Source of the DNA: an uncultured Clostridia bacterium
GTDB lineage: Bacteria; Bacillota; Clostridia; TANB77; CAG-508
DNA: 41,407 nt
Direction: 5' to 3'
Assembly (NCBI GenBank): GCA_934183045.1
Contig: CAKPRW010000002.1
Coordinates: 1-41,407 of the forward strand
Below, piece after piece: positions 1 through 7,037 of the stretch (its first letter is position 1; every line of letters starts with the position of its first letter). The notes beneath the pieces were generated by a model, which saw nothing but the letters and a program-made list of their open reading frames with translations, was not told where the DNA came from and made no database searches. The position numbers and the translations under genes are program-made.

Positions 1-631
1 CATCTTCTGGTGTTAAACCTGTATCCATTATTTCTTTTGGTAGTGGATTTTTTGCTCTGTTATAAAAATCAGTTTGTATAAGTCCAGGACATACATCTGT
101 TATTTTAATATTGTTTCTTGCTAAATCGTCTTGTACTGCTTTTCTAAAAGCATTTGTACTATGTTTCGTTGCATTATAAATTGGGAATGGTGGTTCACAC
201 ATAACTCCACTTTGAGAGTTAATATTTATTATTTGACCATAACCTTGTTTTTCCATAATTGGAAATATACTTTTAATCATAGCAATAGTTCCAAACACAT
301 TAGTATCAATTACATCTTTAATTCTATCTAAAGTGTTCATTTCATCAAAAATAGGCTGTTTTAATTTTGACATATCTCCAGAAATCCACATACCTGCACA
401 ATTAATTAAGCAATCAATTTTATCATATTTTTCGTTTATCTTAGACATTACTTCACTTATCTGATTTGCTTCACTCAAATCGCACACATAATAATCCTTA
501 TTTAATTCTTTTGCAGTTTTTTCTAATTCTTTATTATCAACATCAATTAATATTAGATTTTCATCCATTAATATTTGAGCAACTGCTTTTCCAACACCAT
601 TTGCAGCGCCTGTAATAATTACATTCTTCAT
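1..631 (-). CDS. short-chain dehydrogenase/reductase (SDR); C-terminus runs off the left edge
   Basis: Own minus-strand translation from ATG at 631: MKNVIITGAANGVGKAV (TGxxxGxG) ... YNATK (YxxxK). AGGAGG SD 8 nt upstream. Not in the ORF track because it is open at the edge. Confidence 0.8.
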   Translation of the reverse strand, partial: MKNVIITGAANGVGKAVAQILMDENLILIDVDNKELEKTAKELNKDYYVCDLSEANQISEVMSKINEKYDKIDCLINCAGMWISGDMSKLKQPIFDEMNTLDRIKDVIDTNVFGTIAMIKSIFPIMEKQGYGQIININSQSGVMCEPPFPIYNATKHSTNAFRKAVQDDLARNNIKITDVCPGLIQTDFYNRAKNPLPKEIMDTGLTPED

Positions 632-643
632 ATCTAGTTCCTC

Positions 644-985
644 CTATTTAAAACTTTCTTCATCCAATAATGGAACAATATCAATAGCAGGTTCCTCATA
701 AGGATGAACTTCTCTTAATTTAACAATAACTTTTTTAACATTATCTACATCACAAACAACTTCTAGTTTTTCTTCTTCTACAAATTCTAATTTATTGTTT
801 TTTCCAATGTATGGATTAGCATTATCATTAGGTTTAAAAGTCCCAATACATTTTGTGGACATAGAACAATGTGTATAATTTCCTATAACACCTGCACCTA
901 CTTCACATATAGCGTTTCTTAATTCTTCTGCATTTTCAATAGGAATCGTGACAATTATTTTTACTCTATTTACATTAAAATTCAT
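644..985 (-). CDS. small PII-like protein resembling the NIF3/YqfO insert domain (COG3323-type)
   Basis: 113-aa ORF. VKIIVTIP..AEELRNAICEVGAG..GNY..CS pattern recalled from the family. Stop lies 12 nt before the SDR start, so probably an operon. Confidence 0.4.
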   Translation of the reverse strand: MNFNVNRVKIIVTIPIENAEELRNAICEVGAGVIGNYTHCSMSTKCIGTFKPNDNANPYIGKNNKLEFVEEEKLEVVCDVDNVKKVIVKLREVHPYEEPAIDIVPLLDEESFK

Positions 986-1004
986 TTTATCATCCTTTCA
1001 TTAT

Positions 1005-1676
1005 TTATCTACTCACAGGCGGATTTTTAATCTTTATCTGAACCTCAATCATTTCAATAAAAATATTTAAATACTGCTTTAATACATCAAAATCAATATT
1101 TTCGTAATCTCTCTCATAATGTGTATTGTCATTACCTAGTATTCTTACAACATCAGCACAGTTGCTCATATCAACATCTTTTAAATATAATTCAATTGCC
1201 TTATAAAGTTTATATTTTACAACATCCTCTTTCTTTTCTCCTAATATATTAATTGCAAAATCCTTAATTAATACTTCTAAAGCATTTCTATACCCACATC
1301 CAGCAAGTTCATAATTAGTATCATATTCTGCTTTATAAGCTTGATTATATAATTTGATAAACCTTGGAGATACATTTTGTATTTCTTTACTAAATTCTTT
1401 GCCTTGAAAATTTGGAAATACAGAATATGGAATAAATATTTCTTCATCTTTCATTTTTTTATATGAAACATGAAAAATTTTATCACAACTAGTACATTTG
1501 TAAGTTACATCTGCAATTAGTCCACCAGTTATTGAGAATGCCTTTACATCTATTCTCGTTGCATCTGTGCCAATTCCGCAATATGGACAAGTTAAAACTT
1601 TAGAATGCCTTTTATTATTTAAATCTGCAAATGGAGTATTAGTAAAGGTTCTTTCTTTATATACAATATCAGCCAT
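1005..1676 (-). CDS. DUF4145-like protein with N-terminal Cys4 zinc-ribbon
   Basis: Start moved to ATG 1676 (MADIVYKERTF), which has a GGGAGG SD; the track start at 1748 reads through the promoter. CPYCG...CTSC ribbon. C-terminal YRNALEVLIKDF...LGNDNTHYE resembles DUF4145. Confidence 0.6.
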   Translation of the reverse strand: MADIVYKERTFTNTPFADLNNKRHSKVLTCPYCGIGTDATRIDVKAFSITGGLIADVTYKCTSCDKIFHVSYKKMKDEEIFIPYSVFPNFQGKEFSKEIQNVSPRFIKLYNQAYKAEYDTNYELAGCGYRNALEVLIKDFAINILGEKKEDVVKYKLYKAIELYLKDVDMSNCADVVRILGNDNTHYERDYENIDFDVLKQYLNIFIEMIEVQIKIKNPPVSR

Positions 1677-1710
1677 AATTAACCTCCCTAAAAAGAATAA
1701 TTTCGTATTT

Positions 1711-1756
1711 ATTATACTATAAAACAACAAAATTCTCCATACTCCCATTGAAATTT
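1711..1756. repeat. copy A of a ~45-bp divergent-promoter module (ATTATACTATAAAACAACAAAAT.CTC.ATACTCCCATTGAAATTT)
   Basis: Near-identical to 4523-4569; its first ~40 nt match 5744-5786. On the minus strand it ends in TATAAT directly upstream of the 5' UTR of the adjacent minus-strand gene. Confidence 0.8.
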
Positions 1757-1776
1757 AATAAGAATTCATATATAAT
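1748..1776 (+). promoter_or_regulatory. sigma-A type promoter TTGAAA-17-TATAAT for candidate sRNA A
   Basis: TTGAAA 1748-1753, exact 17-nt spacer, TATAAT 1771-1776. Confidence 0.6.
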
Positions 1777-1782
1777 ATTTTT

Positions 1783-1902
1783 AGAAAGAGAGCGTTACGG
1801 TTCGTAAGCTGTTGCTTAACCGCTCCAGTGACGTTTCTGTTCGAACTTTTAGTTTGAAACGGAAGATATGAAATCAATCAGAGAAATTTGGTTGATTTTT
1901 TT
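1783..1902 (+). ncRNA. candidate small RNA A (unclassified), paralog of 4597-4701
   Basis: Own promoter. Ends in the hairpin AATCAA...TTGATT plus a T7 run (1872-1902). No SD-preceded ORF. Shares the blocks GTTCGTAA, CGCTCCA, GTGACGTT, AAATCAATC and TTGATTTTTTT..GCGTTA with copy B. Confidence 0.5.
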
Positions 1903-2158
1903 GCGTTAGCAAGAAAATCATCCTCAAAGAAAGGATGGAATCAAAATAAAAATAATTAAACAAGAACTATAATTTGAAGAAAGTTTAAAGCAAAGATTAG
2001 AGTTTATATGTGAATTTGCTAATGTGACTCCTACTTTTATAAATGGTAGCATACGAAAATTTAATATATATTGAATCTGATAATAAATTTGTAATAGTTT
2101 AAATAGTAAGTTGTTTTTGAAAATTATGGTTTTGATCTTGCGTTTATAGAAGAAGTTA

Positions 2159-2187
2159 TTGATAAACATAGTTAAAAATGTTATAAT
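2159..2187 (+). promoter_or_regulatory. promoter TTGATA-17-TATAAT of foreign cassette 1
   Basis: TTGATA 2159-2164, 17-nt spacer, TATAAT 2182-2187. Confidence 0.6.
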
Positions 2188-2271
2188 ATATATGATAAGG
2201 ATTTTTGGAAACCCGAAAGCATTTAATACTTGGAGGTTTCAAAACCTCCAAGATAATTTAAGGAGGTAATT

Positions 2272-2580
2272 ATGGGAATTTTCAAAGCATTTTCTGATGA
2301 ATTTAAGGTTGAAAGAAAACGGGCAAAGCAGGAGTCACTTCGCTCTAGAGAGCAGTTACATTTAAAGGTTATATCGAGTGGAAGAATTTTAGAAATTCAG
2401 ATACTCGAAAAGAATCCTGAAATTGCTAAACTGTATGCTAGTAAAATTGAAACATTAGCCCGAGTACTTGAAAAAGAAGGTGTTAAGCATTCCAAAAGTG
2501 CGGATGGTACGATGAAATTTGAATATCCAAATGCTAAAGTGGCGGAAGACGCAAGAAAAATCTTTGCTCATTTCATGTAA
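2272..2580 (+). CDS. hypothetical 102-aa protein, compositionally foreign (cassette 1)
   Basis: AAGGAGG SD 6 nt upstream. G+C visibly higher than the flanks. Uses cgg, cgc and cag codons. No family recognised. Confidence 0.6.
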   Translation: MGIFKAFSDEFKVERKRAKQESLRSREQLHLKVISSGRILEIQILEKNPEIAKLYASKIETLARVLEKEGVKHSKSADGTMKFEYPNAKVAEDARKIFAHFM

Positions 2581-2586
2581 TTGTAG

Positions 2587-2631
2587 AACAGAGGAAGTGT
2601 TTTAGGATGCTTTCTCTGTTTTATGTTTTTT
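2587..2631 (+). terminator. intrinsic terminator of cassette 1
   Basis: 10-bp stem AACAGAGGAA/TTTCTCTGTT followed by a T-rich tail. Confidence 0.6.
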
Positions 2632-2931
2632 GTAATAAAAATTATAATGATACAACTTTGATAAATTTTTTATTTTATGTTGATAATTTTTGGGGCATAT
2701 TTTACATTTACGCCTTTTTTGTATTTACTGCTATATTTACTTACATAGTTTTTTTGCATAAAGTTACTCCCGTATTACATATAGGGAGTGTGGCTGTTGC
2801 TATCGCTTTGCCACGTTTTGAATATTTCTCTAAATTTTTATATGATTGTAATTGATTTTTTGTCTTAATTTATGTACAATATTTAAAATTAACTTAAAAT
2901 AGATAATAATAGAAAGGAAGAAAATAATTTA

Positions 2932-3462
2932 ATGAATTTATATGTAATTAGGCATGGAGAAACTAATATGGGCAAAAATAATATTATAGCTACTGAAACA
3001 GAACCACTAAATGAAACAGGAATAACCCAAGCATTAGAAATTGGAAAAGAAATTAGAAAACTAAATATTAATAAAATATATTGTTCACCAATACAAAGAG
3101 CAAAAGATACATTGAAATTATTTAAATTAGATAAAAATATACCTGTAATTATTGAAAACAGAATAAAAGAACGAAATATGGGAATATATGAGAATGTTCC
3201 TTTTTCTGAACTAAAATGGGATGAATTTTGGAACTATAATTCAGATAGATCATATCCTGAATTAGAAACTATGAAAAATGTATATGAAAGAATCTCGGAT
3301 TTTTTAAATGAATTAAAATTAAATAATAGTAATGATAATATTCTATTAGTTACTCATGGAGGAATATCAAGAGCTATTTATTGGTATTTCAATGAAATAC
3401 CAGAGAATGGAAATTCATCAAATATTAATGAGAATTGCAAAATTTATAGTTATAAATTATAG
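2932..3462 (+). CDS. histidine phosphatase family protein (GpmB/CobC-like)
   Basis: N-terminal LYVIRHGET (RHG motif) and C-terminal LVTHGG motif. Confidence 0.8.
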   Translation: MNLYVIRHGETNMGKNNIIATETEPLNETGITQALEIGKEIRKLNINKIYCSPIQRAKDTLKLFKLDKNIPVIIENRIKERNMGIYENVPFSELKWDEFWNYNSDRSYPELETMKNVYERISDFLNELKLNNSNDNILLVTHGGISRAIYWYFNEIPENGNSSNINENCKIYSYKL

Positions 3463-3750
3463 AAATATTGGAATTATATATATAAATATACAATAAATGG
3501 TTTTGGATATGCTATCAAATTATAAATTTCATCAGTATTTAATAAAAATTCCTATAAGAACACTCCAACCATTGGAAATCAACTTACGGAATTAATTGTT
3601 CGTGAGTTTTTTACATAAATAATATCAAAAAAGAGGAAAAATAGTTAAAATAATTAATCCTCTTTTTATTCTTTTATGTTGAATAAAAGTCATGCCCAGC
3701 CAGTGCCGAATTTGTACTCTTATATAAAACCTCCATACCCTTTATATAAA

Positions 3751-4482
3751 TTATATTTCTATTGATTCACCATCATTAAGTATAATAACATTATTAATGT
3801 TTTTTTCTATAGCATATTCTTTTGCATAGGAACTCATATGTGTTGGTATAATTTTTTTATTAAATTTTTTAGATAAAAATTCAATATCGTGAACCCCCAT
3901 ATGTTTATTGTTACTGTCAATAAAACTCATATCTAAAATAGAAATATTAGAATTTTCTAATATTCTATCAATACTTTCACAATACGAACTATCGCCAGAT
4001 AATCCTATTGACCTATTATTATGTTTTATAACATATCCAAATGCTGGTGAAAAATCTCCATGTACAACATCATAAGAAGTTGCATAATAACCTTTACATA
4101 TTTCTTGGTTATTTAAAGAATCAAACTCTATAAATTTAACATTTGTTTTATCTCTTAATATTGTCCAGTCTTTTATATCTGAGTAAATTAAAGCAATTAT
4201 TTTTGCAATAACCTTTTCAGTACCATTAGGGCAATAAATATTTAAATCATTATTTGCAGAAAAAAAATTTCTTTGCATTATTAGAAAAGGTAAATCAAGA
4301 AAATGGTCTCCATGCAAATGAGTAATTAAAAGAGTATCTATATTATTTATATCTACATTTTGTTCTAATAAGGTTTTTACAATTCCATTCCCGCAATCAA
4401 CCATAATTCTCTCATCAATCAAGCAGCATGAACTTCTATCTTTAACAGAAATAGCACCTGTTCCAATCATTTTTATTTTCAT
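3751..4482 (-). CDS. MBL-fold metallo-hydrolase
   Basis: ITHLHGDH (HxHxDH) motif, 243 aa. Start lies directly downstream of module copy B. Confidence 0.8.
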   Translation of the reverse strand: MKIKMIGTGAISVKDRSSCCLIDERIMVDCGNGIVKTLLEQNVDINNIDTLLITHLHGDHFLDLPFLIMQRNFFSANNDLNIYCPNGTEKVIAKIIALIYSDIKDWTILRDKTNVKFIEFDSLNNQEICKGYYATSYDVVHGDFSPAFGYVIKHNNRSIGLSGDSSYCESIDRILENSNISILDMSFIDSNNKHMGVHDIEFLSKKFNKKIIPTHMSSYAKEYAIEKNINNVIILNDGESIEI

Positions 4483-4522
4483 ATAAAAATTCTCCTTATA
4501 TAATCAAGTTTAATTTTGAATA

Positions 4523-4569
4523 TATTATACTATAAAATAACAAAATACTCTATACTCCCATTGAAATTT
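4523..4569. repeat. copy B of the divergent-promoter module
   Basis: ATATTATACTATAAAATAACAAAATACTCTATACTCCCATTGAAATTT. Same position relative to the MBL gene start as copy A has to the DUF4145 gene. Confidence 0.8.
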
Positions 4570-4596
4570 GATAGCAATTCATTTCTAATGTTTATA

Positions 4597-4701
4597 GAAA
4601 AAGAACAAAGTTCGTAACTTGTATGTAATCGCTCCATAAGGTAAAATCGTTGTACCAAGTGACGTTAATGATTAAATCAATCTGAAAAGATTGATTTTTT
4701 T
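4597..4701 (+). ncRNA. candidate small RNA B, paralog of 1783-1902
   Basis: Promoter TTGAAA (4561-4566)-17-TCTAAT (4584-4589). Perfect terminator AATCAATCT-GAAA-AGATTGATT plus a T run (4675-4701). The next gene is convergent, so this is not a leader. Confidence 0.5.
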
Positions 4702-4769
4702 GTGCGTTATTGTAAGGAAAGAGGGGACATGATTAAAATGATAAAGACAATGCTTAAGTGGCATTGTCT

Positions 4770-5705
4770 TTATATTAAATTTCTCAATATCTCAGTAACA
4801 TTTTTCATATCTTTTTCTGTCGACATTATAGTTATTAATAAATTCTTATCTTTATTTAAAATGATATATTGCCCATTAGATCCATCTCTAAAAATATAAC
4901 CATCTCGTGATATAAAAGTGAAATATCCTATTCCTATTTTAGGTAATACTCTTTCAGGCTTGTAAGCAGATGGTGTTTCTAATTTCATAGAACACATTTC
5001 TTTTATCCAGGTGTTCGAAATAATTTGATGATTATTATATTTTCCTTCATTTAGTAATAATTGACCTATTTTATGGAAATCCGAATGTTTAAGATATAAT
5101 CCAGTAGCTCCGGGACAATATTTACCATAGTTTTCCCATTTATAATCTAAAATGTTAAGTTTTTTAAATATATTTTCATCGATAAAATCTGTTAAATTTT
5201 TATTAAATGCTTCTTGGAAGAAAACAGACAAAATAAATGGTTCTACATTATTATATGCAAATCTAATTCCTGCTTCATATGGGATATCATAATTTAGAGC
5301 ATAGTCTACTAATTTTTCTTTATCGATGTCTTGTATAAATCTTTCAGACATCATTTGTGATTCATAGCCAGTAGTATGAGTAAGTAGATCTTTTATAGTC
5401 CATTTTTTAATTTTATCAATATTACTTTTATTCTTTATATTTACTATATCTTTAATTATTGGATAAATTTTAGTATTTAAAGTTAATGGTTTACCTGATA
5501 TTGATAGTTTTTTATTAATTGCTATTCCAATAGCCATAGCAACTAATAATTTAGAACAACTTTTTAATTCATGTAATTGCTCATCTTTATAAAAATACTT
5601 TTCAATTTTTCCATCTTGTTCAATAAATATACTATCGATATTTAGACTTGGTAGAGTTTTAGACAACATACTTACATTGTTTATTACGTCTTGTATATTA
5701 ATCAA
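4770..5705 (-). CDS. serine hydrolase, beta-lactamase/PBP4*-like family
   Basis: S-x-x-K motif SCSK. Start moved to TTG 5705, 7 nt after AAGGAGG; the track ATG at 5738 translates the SD itself. Confidence 0.75.
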   Translation of the reverse strand: MINIQDVINNVSMLSKTLPSLNIDSIFIEQDGKIEKYFYKDEQLHELKSCSKLLVAMAIGIAINKKLSISGKPLTLNTKIYPIIKDIVNIKNKSNIDKIKKWTIKDLLTHTTGYESQMMSERFIQDIDKEKLVDYALNYDIPYEAGIRFAYNNVEPFILSVFFQEAFNKNLTDFIDENIFKKLNILDYKWENYGKYCPGATGLYLKHSDFHKIGQLLLNEGKYNNHQIISNTWIKEMCSMKLETPSAYKPERVLPKIGIGYFTFISRDGYIFRDGSNGQYIILNKDKNLLITIMSTEKDMKNVTEILRNLI

Positions 5706-5743
5706 ATTGAATCCTCCTTTTAACAAGTTAAAAAACACTACTA

Positions 5744-5786
5744 CATTATACTATAAAACAACAAAATTTTCCATATTTGAAATCTG
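5744..5786. repeat. copy C (truncated) of the divergent-promoter module
   Basis: CATTATACTATAAAACAACAAAATTTTCCATATTTGAAATCTG. Lacks the CTCCCA block and is followed by cassette 2 instead of an sRNA. Confidence 0.7.
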
Positions 5787-5803
5787 AAAAACTTTAAACA
5801 TGT

Positions 5804-5832
5804 TTGAATTTTATGTAAATATATAGTATAAT
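5804..5832 (+). promoter_or_regulatory. promoter TTGAAT-17-TATAAT of foreign cassette 2
   Basis: TTGAAT 5804-5809, 17-nt spacer, TATAAT 5827-5832. Confidence 0.6.
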
Positions 5833-5964
5833 AAAAATAACATGGGCAAAGTCCTGTGTAGATTATCTTGTTTTCACTGATTAGTGAGAGGGATTTCCTC
5901 TAACTTCTCGGTTTATCAAATGTAACCAAATAAACAACAGTAAAAGTATTAAGGAGAAATTACT

Positions 5965-6762
5965 ATGTTTGAAATTACTATGTTTGGAAGAAAAAACAAC
6001 CCGTATATCTCTCGGATGACAAACTACATGAATGAAGCTATTGAGGGAAGATATTTACCGACACCATGTGCAGAAGAAATCAGACCTATGATTGAGACTT
6101 TTTTTAAAAAGTCTATGAAGGCTAAAGTCAAGTGGGACGGATCCAGTGTATGTTGGCACATTGAAAGCATCACTGAAATTGTGAAGCATCTTGCTGAAAA
6201 TACCCGTAACTACGAGAAGCTCAGCACTGAAGATGTTACATCTCTTAAAAAGATCTTTGACGAATTAGATGCACTTCATTCTGAAGCACTTGAGCTCAAT
6301 TCTCAGTCAAGAGACAGGGCTGATCGGGCTAATCTCAGTAGCAAAATCAGTTGCATCAGCGAAATTGTATGCAAAAACGTGGTTGGTATGCACGACTCAG
6401 AGGAACAACACGACAATTATCATGACGGAATGATTTTTCAGAGTTATGAAGACTTGTGGAAAGTAGTACATCGTGTCAACATCGAGTGGGATGAATTGTG
6501 CCGTAGAGGTTTTTCTCTGAGAGTGTTTTATGATTATTGGGAGTATTTCAAGTATGCCAGATCTAAAGGCTGCGAGAAGTCCGAAGAAGAAAAATTGGAA
6601 GATTTTATGGCAATACTCGACGGTAAGAAGATGTTTGTTCCAATTTATGAGAACAAACCTATATGTTTCAAAGTAGTTGACAATGATTTCGAAGGAGTAG
6701 TTGTTAACAAAGTAGAGAACAGATACAGTAAGTCTTATCGTATGCGTCAGAGTGGCGAATAA
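5965..6762 (+). CDS. hypothetical 265-aa protein, compositionally foreign (cassette 2)
   Basis: AAGGAGA SD. Spot G+C counts of 33-48% against about 20% in neighbours. Balanced, non-K/N/I-rich composition. Two in-frame CGG Arg codons. No family recognised. Confidence 0.65.
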   Translation: MFEITMFGRKNNPYISRMTNYMNEAIEGRYLPTPCAEEIRPMIETFFKKSMKAKVKWDGSSVCWHIESITEIVKHLAENTRNYEKLSTEDVTSLKKIFDELDALHSEALELNSQSRDRADRANLSSKISCISEIVCKNVVGMHDSEEQHDNYHDGMIFQSYEDLWKVVHRVNIEWDELCRRGFSLRVFYDYWEYFKYARSKGCEKSEEEKLEDFMAILDGKKMFVPIYENKPICFKVVDNDFEGVVVNKVENRYSKSYRMRQSGE

Positions 6763-6798
6763 GGGCAGTTCTTGAACTCTTAAGAGTAAACGTAGTAC

Positions 6799-6829
6799 AA
6801 AAAACTGGTTCGTAAGAGCCAGTTTTTTT
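6799..6829 (+). terminator. intrinsic terminator of cassette 2
   Basis: AAAAAACTGGTTC-GTAA-GAGCCAGTTTTTTT: GNRA-looped stem plus a T7 run. Confidence 0.75.
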
Positions 6830-7037
6830 GTATGGTACATTTTGGATTCTCCTTAAAATTATATACTTGATAGCATTATATCTTAAACTGCAAAAAATCC
6901 TATATATTAAAAAATATAATTAATATTTGTTTTATTTTGTAAAATTAATGAAAAAAAACAAAAGGCTATGATATAATCAGAAATGTTAAATAATTTATGA
7001 TAAATTTTAATTCAAAAAATAAAAGGAGAGAAATAAA

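Noticed and set aside
1677-1748. The longer N-termini proposed by the ORF track for 1005-1748, 4770-5738, 22978-23268 and 37412-37990.
   Set aside because: The extensions translate promoter or SD sequence. Internal starts at 1676, 5705 (TTG), 23250 and 37421 have properly spaced SDs.
2607-2855. An 82-aa hydrophobic ORF in the track.
   Set aside because: It starts inside the cassette 1 terminator, has no SD and has an AT-rich low-complexity composition. It is probably a chance ORF.
3509-3605. A 28-codon ORF (MLSNYKFHQYLIKIPIRTLQPLEINLRN) containing an in-frame CGG-A at 3587, as a possible sixth shift site.
   Set aside because: It has no SD and no recognisable homology. Both the zero and +1 frames stop within 2-6 codons. 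I cannot support it as a gene.
1798-6818. The UUCGUAA / GGTTCGTAAG strings in sRNA A (about 1799-1808), sRNA B (about 4610-4617) and the cassette 2 terminator (6807-6816) match the anticodon loop of the tRNA-Thr at 13313. This raised the idea of a tRNA-Thr anticodon mimic.
   Set aside because: The three contexts do not fold alike. In the terminator the string is stem plus a GUAA tetraloop, and in A and B competing triloop hairpins are possible. A shared 7-10-mer at this composition is within chance expectation for a window of this size.
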